Shown here one piece after another: positions 1-11,594 of a stretch of 64,000 bases of DNA. The translations under genes were made by a program, and so were the position numbers. The DNA is from Leidyana gryllorum EB-2025a (taxonomy: Eukaryota > Protista > Apicomplexa): assembly GCA_048772705.1 (NCBI GenBank), contig JBLWGC010000109.1:124001-188000 (forward strand), read 5' to 3'. The first letter of the stretch is position 1. Every line of letters begins with the position of its first letter. Under the pieces are notes generated by a model. That model saw only the letters and a program-made list of their open reading frames with translations, had not been told where the DNA came from and did no database searches.

Positions 1-1793
1 ATGGTTCTGGAAATCCCCAAAGTACTGACTTTTTACGACGAAATTAACCAAAGACACGGCACGCCCGAGGCCACCAGTGCCGCCATGATCGAACATTTCC
101 GTCGAGAAGAGCGTACCAGATGGAAGGATGTCCCGCGGAGCGCAAAAAGCGAGGCCAATCAAAAGGTCAACTTACTCAACGACCCCACCGCCGGAGGCAC
201 TGAAGAAGGGGTCCTGGACATCATTAACGCGTTGGCCTTGCACCTCTATACCTGGAGAGACCAAGTCGCCCCCCCAGGCGGCGACGTCGAACCTCAGATG
301 TACCCCAAAGAGCTCTCACCGGAGACAGAGTTACTCCTCATCTACTTGACAGCCTGTAAACCAGAGTATCCCGGACGACAGTTCATCCGTCCGGCCCTGG
401 TGGCTCTGGCAGCCAGACGGGCAGAGGCTGAAAAACAGCTCAAGGCCTCCAAAACAGGCGGCGATGACCACTCACAGCTCGGGAGAGACAATGTGGACGA
501 AGTCCTCCGGAATGTCGGCTATCTGCCCATAAATAGCCACGTCTCCTTCCCCGAGGCGGTCGACTGGGCCATAAAGGAGTATCTGCGCTTAACCGAGGCA
601 GACAGGCCTGCCATTCCCATGGACGATGTGACCCCCAATCGGCTCCCCAAACTCATCGGTGTCCGTCTCAAAGGTATATACACCAAGGTGAGCCTTTCCA
701 ATCACCCCGCCTCTTCCAATCCCGCAATGCAGACCGAATTGCAAGTGTTCGAGCATATAATACGAGATCTCGGCGACTATATACCAACACCCACCTTGGA
801 GGCTTTCCAACATTTGCGCCCCGTCTACTACCGTCTGCGAGGAGAACGTGTTGAGACTTGGGACAAAAAGTCGCCAAACGCCGAGGGGAGGTCCTCGCCC
901 GACGACAGGGACGCCAAGGCGGACTGGGAAGCCTTAACCAAATATCGGGAGTCTATTGCGGAGTGTATGCGCGAATGGGTGAGTACAAATCAGTCGACCT
1001 CTCCATATTCCACCGCCGCACTATCTTTCACAGGGGACCGCGTGCGATAAAGTCTTTAGTCAAATGAAAGCGGTGCAACTCGTTCTCCTCCGACACTACG
1101 TCAAGGAAACTTTGGCCTGCATCCCAATGGCTGGTGAGTCCTAAAAGCTGCCCCGTCTTCCTTATGACAACCCCTTCTGTACAGCTATCGAAAGGATGTC
1201 CGATCTCCGGTCCGGTGCCGAAAGGACGCCCGTGGTTACCAGCGCCCCCATACGGCGCGGAGGATTGAGCTCAGCGGTAAGCTTAGTGTGTGTGACTGCA
1301 AGTTCAATTGGCGCAGGTTGTCGTGGCGGGTACTGGTGAAGTCCGCAGTGTTCAAGATCCCAAAATCCAGGAAGAGTTCCCCGCACTCAAATCGCCCTCC
1401 CCGATTTCCGGGGGCGCCTGGGTACGATTGGCGGGCAGTGCATCGGCTTCCTCATCCGTAAGTTGAGCCATAATGTGTGCTTCTCCTTCATGTTCGCTCC
1501 AGAGCCGGCCACCAACCGGAAACTCTACCTCCGCCGCTGCTGCTGGTCGCCCAAGACGGATTGTCTGCCGCGGTTGTTCCTATTCTAATCGGCCGGGGAG
1601 AAACACTTGTGAAGCCTGCCACCGCTCACTGAGTGATCAGATCGCAGACATGGAGCAATTCCCGTCTTTGGGTACTCAACACATCGCCGCTCTGGCCGAG
1701 AATCGCAGGGAGCGGTATGGACCTGCCGCGGATAGCAACACCATCCACGGCATTCCCATTACCTTCAAAGAGCCACGAAGAAGGAAAAAGTGA
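1..1793 (+). CDS. 5'-partial multi-exon gene ending in a RanBP2-type zinc finger and EEFPAL/EQFPSL motifs (possibly ZNF598/Hel2-like)
   Basis: ORF 1..1050 splices in frame through short GT-AG introns (first 979-1033, GTGAGT..CAG) into ORF 1473..1793. CRGC-SYS-N-RPGRNT-CEAC fits C-x2-C-x3-N-x6-C-x2-C, and the tail is basic (KEPRRRKK). The family assignment is tentative. Confidence 0.55.
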
Positions 1794-1796
1794 ACT

Positions 1797-1877
1797 GCGG
1801 GGATGCCCGAGAGGTTAAGGGGGTGGCCTTAAGATCCACTGGCTCTGTCCGCGTGGGTTCGAACCCCACTCCCCGCA
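1797..1877 (+). tRNA. tRNA-Leu (anticodon TAA)
   Basis: GCGGGGA/TCCCCGC acceptor stem, D-loop AGAGGTTAA, anticodon loop CTTAAGA, long variable arm, T-loop GGTTCGAACCC, discriminator A. Confidence 0.92.
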
Positions 1878-2150
1878 AACCCAAAATCGTGTTACTTCTT
1901 GCTGCCTCTGGAGCACTTAGCTGTCTGATGGACAGACGTCAACTTATCAAGTCATGCGTCGGTCCCATCATCTAATATGTGATTGCATCGCTATCTACGA
2001 ATTATAGCGTATTGGGAACAAATGTGTGTGTGTGCAAATGAAGAGACACTGGCTTATACGGATTAAGAAGGAATCCTTTTCACGTTTGTTGGGGAACTCT
2101 AATGCAAATGAGAGCTTTCAAAATAGCGATTTATTCTATCTATGGGACTT

Positions 2151-4100
2151 TCACTGCTTGCGGCATGATTTCTTGGATTTGGAATCCCGCGTGTGCAAGT
2201 TGGCAAACCGCACACTCTTCTTGGGGTGTGCATCTCGCTGCACAACAGTGCACTCCTCTTGCTCAGAATCGTCGGAAGAGGAAGAGCTGGACTCCATATC
2301 ACAGTCCTCTACTACGCTTTCAGCTTCACTCTCGTCGGAGTCCTCGTCTTCGCTCTCACTGACCTGACCACATGGCATCAACTCCCCCGCTATAAGATCA
2401 ATCTTGTGCGCGCATCTCTCACAGCCTCCGTCGCACTCGGAATACTCATCGTGCCGACGGCAAGCACAAGTCTTGTCGCAAGGGCAGTATGCCAGCACCT
2501 CTAATTGCTCCTTGAGTAAGTCGATTGCCCCTTTCACAGCTTCTTGATGGATCTCGACCTGATTTTCGGCGACGGATTCACTTTCGTCGGACTCATTGTC
2601 CGAATCTGAGTCGCTGTTGGCCGCAATCGCCTCTTGGTCCTCATTGCAGTTGCAAGAAACGCATCCTGTCTCATCTTCATCATCACCTTGAGTGCTCTCC
2701 ACATCGCTGGCGTCGTCGAAGCAACCGCAACACACATTCGGGATGCACCCAACACACTCGACATCATCACATTTGCAGTCATCGCAAGTGCAACTGCGTC
2801 TTTTGCACTTCGAGCACTTGCATTCGTTGCATTTGCATGAGTTATCGCGGCATTCGGTGCAGTCAGCACAGATGCAGTTGTCTGATTTGGTCTCGTTGCA
2901 AATGCAGTTATTGCAATCGCATCCACCACATTTGCATCCCAAGTCTTCAGCTTCTTCGACATCGGAATCATCATCAACGACCACGGTGCGCTGGTCCTTG
3001 TTGGACTTCGAGCACCCGCAATTCTTGCCCTCGCATTCCATATCTTCCTCCTCATCTTCGCTCCCGCTGGACTCAGAATCTCCAACATTCCCACACTCGC
3101 AGTTTGCGCACATGCAATCATCACATCCGCACGACTGTGCACCGGATTCGATAATATCGCACGAAGTGCAGTCACATTGCGTGGTGTTGCAACCACATGA
3201 CTTGCAGTCACAGGCATTGCATTCGCAATCACAGGTGTTGCATTCGGTGGTTTCCTCCTCATCCTCGCTGGAGTCTACTTCTTCGACTTGTGCGCAAGAG
3301 CATCCTTCCTGAGTGTCACTATCGCTATCTTCAACAGTGCATTCACACTTGTTTGGTAGTACGTGGTCGATGCATTCGCAATCGCTGTCGTTGGAGTTGC
3401 ATTGACAAGTCTGAGCAGTTTCCTCCGCCATGCAGCCGCAAGATTCGTGTTCTTGGCAGTCACATTCGTCAGAGCACCCGAGAACTTCGCACTCGCAATC
3501 ACTTTCCTGATCGCTAGGTACGCATTCACAAGCCTCATCCGTGGTCGAAGATTGGTGGCTGCAACAATTCTTATCATCGTCTTTGGGTGAACATGGGCAG
3601 GCCGAATCGCATTGGCAGTCCTCGCAAGGGCACTCCCAAACGTCATCTTGGCCGCATTGGTTTTCAGGTACGCAGCTGCATGATTCAGGGCACGACGCCA
3701 TGTGGGGGACACATTGTTTCTGAACATTATGGTTGTTGCAGGCTGCAACGTCAATGTAGCGTCTTTTTGAGGGCCGCTGCTTAGCGAGACCACAGCTCTT
3801 TTGGCCATTTGCACGACCACTGCTCAGTAGAGTGGCAAGGAGGGACAATTCCTCGTCACTGAGTACGTATACCTGTGGTGTGTCGCTACATTGTTCAGTA
3901 GTTGCGCAGTTTCGTGAGTGACACCGTTGTTTGCGGCTGTCAGCTCGCTGGCACATCTGGACATGGGCTGATGGTTGGTTAGCTACCCGTCTGCGCTTAG
4001 TTTGCTGGGCAGCGGGGGAACAGCACTCATTGGATGCCTGAGGCGGGGACATGAGCCCGAGACAGGCCCGTGTGCGAAGACAGCAACTGCAGCAACTCAT
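2151..4100 (-). CDS. 649-aa Cys-rich, Asp/Glu/Ser-rich protein with metallothionein-like CxC/CxxC clusters
   Basis: Single long ATG ORF. Repeated clusters such as CNTCDCECNACDCKSCGC and CKCNECKCSKCK are separated by acidic linkers. Confidence 0.8.
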   Translation of the reverse strand: MSCCSCCLRTRACLGLMSPPQASNECCSPAAQQTKRRRVANQPSAHVQMCQRADSRKQRCHSRNCATTEQCSDTPQVYVLSDEELSLLATLLSSGRANGQKSCGLAKQRPSKRRYIDVAACNNHNVQKQCVPHMASCPESCSCVPENQCGQDDVWECPCEDCQCDSACPCSPKDDDKNCCSHQSSTTDEACECVPSDQESDCECEVLGCSDECDCQEHESCGCMAEETAQTCQCNSNDSDCECIDHVLPNKCECTVEDSDSDTQEGCSCAQVEEVDSSEDEEETTECNTCDCECNACDCKSCGCNTTQCDCTSCDIIESGAQSCGCDDCMCANCECGNVGDSESSGSEDEEEDMECEGKNCGCSKSNKDQRTVVVDDDSDVEEAEDLGCKCGGCDCNNCICNETKSDNCICADCTECRDNSCKCNECKCSKCKRRSCTCDDCKCDDVECVGCIPNVCCGCFDDASDVESTQGDDEDETGCVSCNCNEDQEAIAANSDSDSDNESDESESVAENQVEIHQEAVKGAIDLLKEQLEVLAYCPCDKTCACRRHDEYSECDGGCERCAHKIDLIAGELMPCGQVSESEDEDSDESEAESVVEDCDMESSSSSSDDSEQEECTVVQRDAHPKKSVRFANLHTRDSKSKKSCRKQ

Positions 4101-4213
4101 TGATTAATCCGTGATAAGTGAAGTGAAACAAATTTTTTGTCACTCCATTTTCATTTTTTGCTGATTTGTCGATAGGACAAAACAATCATTATCTAAAGGC
4201 TACTCGTACACAA

Positions 4214-4623
4214 TCACTTGCAGCATTGACCTTTCTGGCCACCGCAGGGCTTCTCAGAGCAACAGCCCTTCCTGAAAGCACCAAAGCGATGGCACTTGCG
4301 CGCTGAGCATTAACTTACCCGGTGTCAGAACAACATTGGTCCTTGCAGCAATCTTTGGACTCACAACACCCTTTACTGGCGCAGCAGCAGTTCGGTTTGC
4401 AGTCAGACGGGTTGGGGCAGCACGCCTTCTCCTTACAACACTTGTCAGTACAGCATTGCTCACCCTTGCAGCATCCTGTGGAGACACAGCAGCAGTTAGG
4501 CGCACACTTGTTCTTGTCCTGGCAGCACTTGGGATTGCAGTTGCAATCAGGGGTGCATTTAGACTTGTCCACACAGCAACGGCCTTCGATCTTAGTTTCA
4601 CAGCAAGGGCAAGAGGAAGTCAT
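4214..4623 (-). CDS. Metallothionein, CC/CCC-cluster type, 120 aa, 2 exons (4623-4319, 4271-4214)
   Basis: A 47-bp intron at 4318-4272 (GTAAGT..TTTCAG) extends the ORF to ...DTGKGCCSEKPCGGQKGQCCK*. About 37 Cys in 120 aa by hand count, no aromatic residues or His, and an internally duplicated module. Confidence 0.85.
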
Positions 4624-4731
4624 GATCAAAGTCAATCACACTATTCAAATTGAGCCTTTAAATTAGTACAACGACATATTGCCGTCTCCCGCCCCACCTC
4701 GTGTGTGTGCGTCGGTTCCGGAAGGACTTGA

Positions 4732-7700
4732 ATGCCTCATATAGTGGAATTAGTTTTCAAGACCGTTCTTGACACTCTATGTGTTCTTGAGCGAACTGAG
4801 ACCCCTCCCAGACTGAATGCCTTTTGGCGAGCTTTTCAAGATGTGTGGAAAGCACGAGCCAAGGGGTCTGGTTGTATAGCGGCCATCCGTCAGTTCTGTG
4901 AGGAATGGGTGAAGAACAAGCAGCCAGGTGTGTCTTCTGAGTTCAGAATGGTAGTTGAAGGATCTAAAATCCTGCAGATGTGGCTACTCTATGTCAGAAT
5001 CCGCTTGACGCTCTCTTAGCATATCTTGTTAGTTTCTGCGAGGTGGGTAGCACTCGTCATCACCCCCACCCCCACCCGACCTGACTTTTAGAACCTGGCC
5101 ATCATATTTGATGAGGGTGGCTCACCGACAAACAAGCGGCGGCGATTGGGGACAGAGGCAGCTCCAGAAGCGGAGGAGAGTTCGGGTGCTTCGCGACTTT
5201 TGTGGGTTCAGTGGCCACATGTGCGCGGCACCGAAGATCGACAGGAGCTCACTCGAGTCCTCTGTGAAGCTTTCAAAGACAACCACGACCGTTTCTTGGC
5301 GCTAAATAATCTCAAAGTCGAGCCTCGCAACGGCGCAGAGTTGGTGCCTGCTGTAAGGCTGTTTACCAAGCAGAACAAGGCCGCCGGACAGGGCGAAGCC
5401 AGTGCCCTCGAGAAGGAGTTTCAAGCGGTTTTGGTCGATGTACAGAAGGAGGTGAGTGATTTCACCTCACCCGTTGTGCATCGGAATGACGATCCCTATG
5501 TGGATTGTAGGAATGGTACAAAGGACAGATGCAGCTTTATCGCGAAGAGCCGAAAGTGGTTCGTCGCAGCGTGCTGTTGCACGAGGATCTGCTCCATCCG
5601 GCGGTGGTCCATACGTTGAGGTACCCGTTCATCATTCATTCTTTACTCCTCTCCCGCTCACGGTCCACAGTCATTTTTGTTTCCCGGAGGACGCGGATCT
5701 AACTCGCCTGGAGGCCAAGTTAGAGTTGTACACCCATCAAGCCAAAGCACTTGACTATCTCCTGGAAGGTCACGATGCGGTGGTCTCGACTTCCACAGCG
5801 AGTGGAAAGAGTCTGTAAGCGGCTCAGATCTTCCTCTTCAATCTGCATCTTGGACGACCACAGGATCTTCCAGACACACGCGATCAACAGACTCATTAAC
5901 AATCCTTCTGAGATTGTTCTGGTGGTATATCCCACCAAAGCTCTTGCGCAAGACCAGCTTTCCAAGTGGCAAGCGTTTCTTACGCGTGTTAAGACTATGG
6001 ATGAGAGCGTGCCCGACCTCAACGTTCGCGTGATCGACGGCGACACCTCGTACAGTGACCGGAAGACGTTTGCCGATGAAGCGGATATACTCTTAACCAA
6101 CTTTGATTTCTGTCACAAGACAATGCTGACCACTCCGAGTTACTACGCACGCTTCTTCCGCGATCTCAGCTTCCTGGTGGTAGACGAAGCGCACACCTAT
6201 CGCGGCGTGTTTGGAGCTCATTCTGCCATGACATTGCGACGGATACTATTGATGCACGGCCTTTTGTGCCCTCAAGCACCGGCCGTCCAAATCATCACAT
6301 GCACAGCTACACTGGGAAATCCCCAGGATCACTTCCAGCTCTTGACGGGCCGAAGCCAGGTGAAGTGCGTCGCCGAAGACGGCTCTCCCGCCGAGGCCAA
6401 ATACTTTGTGCTATGGGATCCGCCGGCCGTGGGAGCGGGGTCGCTGGACTCTGCGGTGAAAGCTTTGGGCCCTCGCGCAGAGGAGATAGTCTCGTCAGTT
6501 CCGACCACCGACATTGATGCTATTTTCGGCGGCGGGTCGTTACAAAGGGCACCAGCTGTGATTGATGAGAATCAGACAGAGAGTATTGCTGATTTCGTCG
6601 TTGGAGATATGGCATCGACAACTAAAGCTGACGACAAGAAGAAGGGGCCCGTAGTCCGCAAGAAAGGTCTCCCCGCCCAATGGGGGGGAGTTCATCTCGA
6701 GGAAGAGTTGCACAAAATCAGTGCGATCAACGAATGTATCCGCCTCTTTGTCTTCATGGTGAGTTTGCAATATGAAAGGCCCCTCTTGGATGACTCGGAT
6801 GGCTGGCTGGTTCACTACAGATCCGTCGCAACATCAAGACTTTCTTGTTCTGTAACGCTCGCATTCTGGTCGAAATTGTATTTGGAGCAGTTCAGAAGCG
6901 TTTGAATAAAGAGAAGCAGCTATTGGGAAAGGTCGTCAGCTATCGCGGTGGGTACACCAAAGATGTGCGGAGGAATCTCGAACAGAAGATCTTTCGTAAC
7001 GAAGCCGTGGGAGTCATCAGGTAAGTAATGTCGAAAGAGAGAGTGGCTTGGAGTACACACAGTCCCGCAGTACCAACGCGTTGGAACTCGGTATTGATCT
7101 TGGACTACTGGATGTTGTCATCACGTTGGGATTTGAGGGGTCAGTGAGTTCCGTACGTCAAAGACTCGGGCGAGCCGGACGGGCCCAGCGGCCGTCATTG
7201 GGGATCTTGGTGGCCTTTGATTCGCCTGTGGAGCGTTATGTGGTGCGGCAACTCGGCAATGCATTCTGGGCCAAACATGCCGAACCCGTTGCTTTCGACC
7301 CCACCAACCTGATCCTCCTGAAACAACACGTCATTTGTGCACTCAAAGAGGCCGGGAGACCGCTAACGCTGTCGGTAAGCGGTTGCGGCAATGTTTCTTC
7401 AAGTTGTGACTGCTGACAGGTCCTCAAAATGTACCTCGGAGATCGAGTCAAAGAGGCTCTGGTGATCGCACTTCGCACCGGCGAGGTGCGTCAACTGGAA
7501 GACAAAACTTTCAAGTTTGCTGTGACATCCCGTCAACTGATCGTTAGCGATGGCGACGAGGGGAAACACGAACGGGAGATCACTGAGCGGAAGCAGCGGG
7601 AGGAAGCCGAGGCAGCAAAGATCGATCTGCGTGATTACGATGCGCCTATCCCTGAATCTGTTTTGCAGACAATGCCCTTCTTAGATCCTCGGCATCACGA

Positions 7701-9184
7701 AGCAAATCGAGCGACATTGACAGAGGAAGAAATCCGAATGCAATTCCTCGAACAGGTGGCAGCTCAGGCTGAGATCAAAGCGACTAAACGCCAGAAAGGA
7801 GAGAAGGCTCAGCGGCCGGTCTTCTTCATCAACGACGTCTCTGGATTGGCAGAGGCGCGCAAGTTTACCGATCCTCACAGCATAATTGATCTCCGGTCCG
7901 CCGGGATACCGAACGTTGCCGTGTACGCCGTGGGGGCGTCAGGTGGGAATGATAGGCGAAGGGGTGGCCCAGCTGAGGTGTCGAGATCGAACGAAGAGGG
8001 CCCCGGAGGCTATGTTCTGCCTGGAGACGACGAGACGAAAGGACTGCAGTGCATTGACGAGACCGATCTGCGTGACGCGTTCATGAAGCTCTATCCCGGA
8101 GCGGTCTATCTCATGCGAGGGAAGGAGTGGATTGTGAAGGTGTTCAATTTTCGGAAGCGTTACGCAATAACGGAACTCCACAAGGAAGGGAAGTACTATA
8201 CCGTGGTCTCCGATACTCACAGCTTCGTTCTACTCAAACAAGAGAGAACGCTCAACCACCGCAACTTCCCGAAGATCAGTCACAATTTTGAAGTCTTTCT
8301 CGGACCGTTGCGAGTCTCTTATGCCATTCCTCACTACTGGAAAGTCTTCAAAGAGGGCCCAAAGAAGTGGGAGAGTATCGAGTTGAGTCTTCCTGACCTG
8401 GCCTATGACACGAGGGGTGTCTGTTTTGAGTTCCTCGCACAGTCGCTCGACAAGTTTTACGCGAAAGCTCGTCCCCTCCTCCAGATTCCAGAGATGGTAA
8501 GGCGGCCATCAGTCGGTTGCGGTTGCTCGCTCCATTGGTCTGAAAAGGGTTACTGTTGTTTCTCAGGCCGAGAGCTTCCAGAGCGAGGCCACTGGAGACG
8601 AGAGTCTGCTGTTGGCCGGGTTACATGGATTGGGGCACGCATTGGTGAAGGCGGCGACGTCGGTGATTTGGTGCGATGTACGTGAGATGGGTGAGTGAGG
8701 GAGAGGATAGATTACATTCGCTGGCTGACTGACTGTCTCAGATTCAAGCTGTCCCTGCGCTTTCTCTAACTACAGTAAACAGGCGACGAAGCTGTACATA
8801 TTTGAGAAGCCTTCCACTCTGGCATTGGGCCTGGCCGACATCCTGTTTAGAAACCAGGGCGAAAAGCTCGGTGAATTGCTGGACGCCACCAAGCGGATGA
8901 TTACTAACTGTCCCTGCAGTAAAGGTAAGACCAGCCGGTGGGAGTTGTGTTTGAGAGGAGTGCACCCTGGGGGGGGCGGGTGTTGCGGTCTAAGGGATGT
9001 GTGCCGGTCCTATCTGAGTGTGTATATGTATTACTACGGGTGACTTTTGAGGTTATGTATGTAAATTGCAGATGAAAGCGCTGCTGGGTGTCTGGAATGC
9101 GTGTTGTCCCCCTATTGTATCGAGCGTAACGCCCTAGTCAACGTCAAGTCGGCTATCATCATATTGGATATGATTCTCAAGTAA
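4732..9184 (+). CDS. HRQ1: Hrq1/RECQL4-type DEAH-box helicase with C-terminal DUF1998 Zn-binding domain (multi-exon)
   Basis: Motifs YTHQ, STSTASGKSL, YPTKALAQDQ, DGDT, VDEAH, TATLGNP, TNALELGIDLG, QRLGRAGR. The last exon gives CPC...GCLECVLSPYC and stops at 9182-9184. The 5' exons are less certain. Confidence 0.9.
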
Positions 9185-9360
9185 GGCGTGGGGTGTGGGT
9201 GAATTATTGACTAGTGCATGTCCTGCTCAGTGAGTGAGGTGAAGTGTGTTTCTGGTGTGCAGTGAGCGCAAACTAAGGAGCGGGACTCGTTTGTCGTATA
9301 TTTTCCTGCGTTATCGCAACCTACATGGGACAACTTTGACTTAAGTCCGATTTGTTATAT

Positions 9361-11467
9361 ATGATAGAACTGACATCTCATGAAGATCCCCACGAGATTC
9401 AGACCGGCGGCGGTCGGCAGGCTTTGACTTCCACAACCGCATCATCAGCCAGCAGTCACTCCACAAGAAATCCGTTCACCATTAGTGACCCGTGCGCGAT
9501 GCGATCCCTCTTGAAGGAACCTTCCACGCCGTTTATCGTCTCTCCGCCCCCTTTCAGTCCCCCTAGCACCACCAACCTGACCACCCCACCCGTCATCCGC
9601 AATATCATTGATGATATCGACTGGTCGGTCACGCGGCCCCCCATCATGAAGGAAGAGCCCCCAGGCGCCGGCACTCCAATGTACGCCAACCATATGACCA
9701 CCACCACCACCACAGGATTCCAGTATGAAGGAGAAGACGAGGCAGTCGAATCTGACGAGTTTTATGAGAATGACATGTGGGGGTCTGCTACTCCCTGTCG
9801 TCGTCCCCCCGCGCCCTTTGACAATGTTGAAGCGGTTGGTCTTCCCATGCAGCCTATCCAAAGCGAAATCGATACCTCGAATCTCAATCAACTCAACGTC
9901 AGCAACGAGCAGCAGGAGCTCATTCGTGTGCTCTGCCACCTACTGTTGACCCCTGGCGAGGCAGGCGGCCGAGCGTCACAGGCGCTACGTCAAGCCGTTG
10001 CCACCCTGAACACGCCAGCCGTGGATAGTACTGTTGGGGACTTCGGCACCGGTGGTCGCTTCCATCCCCCGCAAACCTCCAAACGGGCAAAACTGACTGC
10101 AGCTCGTAGTGCTCATCATACCATCTCGACCCAGCCAGCTCCCCGAGGCCGTCGATATCCTCCATCCAATCCCCTCAAGGGTCTCGAAAGACCAATGCCA
10201 TCACCCCAAAGCGGACTGCCCTGCGGCAATGGTCCACTCGCTTCGGCACGGGTCGAGGCTATCATTGCAGCTGTCGATGCCAGCCTCCAACAAGCACTGG
10301 TGTCCTGTCGGAGTCCGACCACAGGACCGTTGCCATCAGCTACGGGGAACTGTTTTGGATTGTTTGGCAGCCAGATCCTCGGGCCCAACGGTGGACCTCT
10401 CTCGTGGGAGCCTCATGGGCCCAGCATAAACCGCTGGAGAAACATAGATGTCACATTACCCATCATAATCCCGCAAGGCACACTTGTTGTGCAACCTTCA
10501 CATCCCAATTCAATGATGTCCCCTTCTGCTGCTCAAAGTGATCACAGTGGCGGCGACTTAGACACGCGCTACGACTTCAGCACAAACCTTCCCACCGACA
10601 ATTTAGCTGTTTTTGGTGCGAGAGCCGCATCGCTCTTTGAGTCCAACGGCACAACCAATTACGTACCGGCCTCGATGCTGCGAACCCGTGTCGCGGTCCT
10701 TCACAAGTGTCCGGACTTTTTGATCGCCAAGATCGCCCAGGTGAGCCGACAAGATGATTCCTTCTTCCCACGACCTTCCCCTCTGCCTGCAGTTATTTGA
10801 GGCCAGTGTGGCTGCCATTTGTCCCATTCTAGACGAGCCAGTTCAACTAATTTGCGACAGAGTCAGTCGTTGTTCAGTACCGTTCAAGCCCAATCCCAAT
10901 GGCGGTGGACATGATGGGACCTCCTTCAGTCAACAGTGCCAGGAAAGGATTGAAGCTTTGGTAGCCGCAGCGACCCCGCAGGACGAGCGCAAGCTGCTAG
11001 CAATATCTTCCGTATTGTGGAACTTTGCTAACTTGATAAATCACAGGATTCGTCCGCTGGTCGGCGATTTTTACTCGAAACTGCCGCTGTCTGCACTGCA
11101 GAAGCGCTCCGTTCCGGAGGATCTGTACAGCGCTAGAACGGGCAACATTGGCTTAGAATTTCGATTCGCTCCCAGCAAACAGATGAAGGTCCTATTGGCG
11201 CAAAACATCACTTCGCAACCGTCCGCTCTCGCTATCAAGAGAGTGGACGTGCGGGGATTGGAACTCAGTGAACTCCGTCTCGAACAAGATCGGCGTCAAG
11301 ACAGAGAGTTTGATCCCCTGTTCCTGGAAATGTGTGATGCTCGGGTACCCACCAAACCGATTCTGCGCGACGAATCAGGAAACCGTTCTGGACGAGCAAT
11401 TTTGGCACCAAGGAGTGCAATCAGTATGCCCAGGGTTGATACGGAACCCCTTTCTTTTTTGAGTTAG
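9361..11467 (+). CDS. Hypothetical Pro/Thr-rich protein, 2 exons
   Basis: ORFs 9352..10800 and 10754..11467 join in frame through intron 10741-~10791 (GTGAGC..CTGCAG). No family recognised; start uncertain. Confidence 0.6.
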
Positions 11468-11594
11468 AAGTGATCGGCCAGCAGCACAGCATTTGATCGT
11501 TACTTTCTTCCAATGTCTCACATTTTGCTCATTTTAAGTTTCACATCTATCGCAACCAGACATATCGCAGTAGCACACACGTGTGTGCGGAACA

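Noticed and set aside
1200-1460. GC-rich stretch as a structured ncRNA (RNase MRP/SRP-like)
   Set aside because: Diagnostic motifs are absent, and the stretch is explained as in-frame exons of the 1..1793 gene.
8925-9071. Longer (147-bp) Hrq1 intron as a snoRNA host
   Set aside because: No convincing C/D or H/ACA boxes seen.
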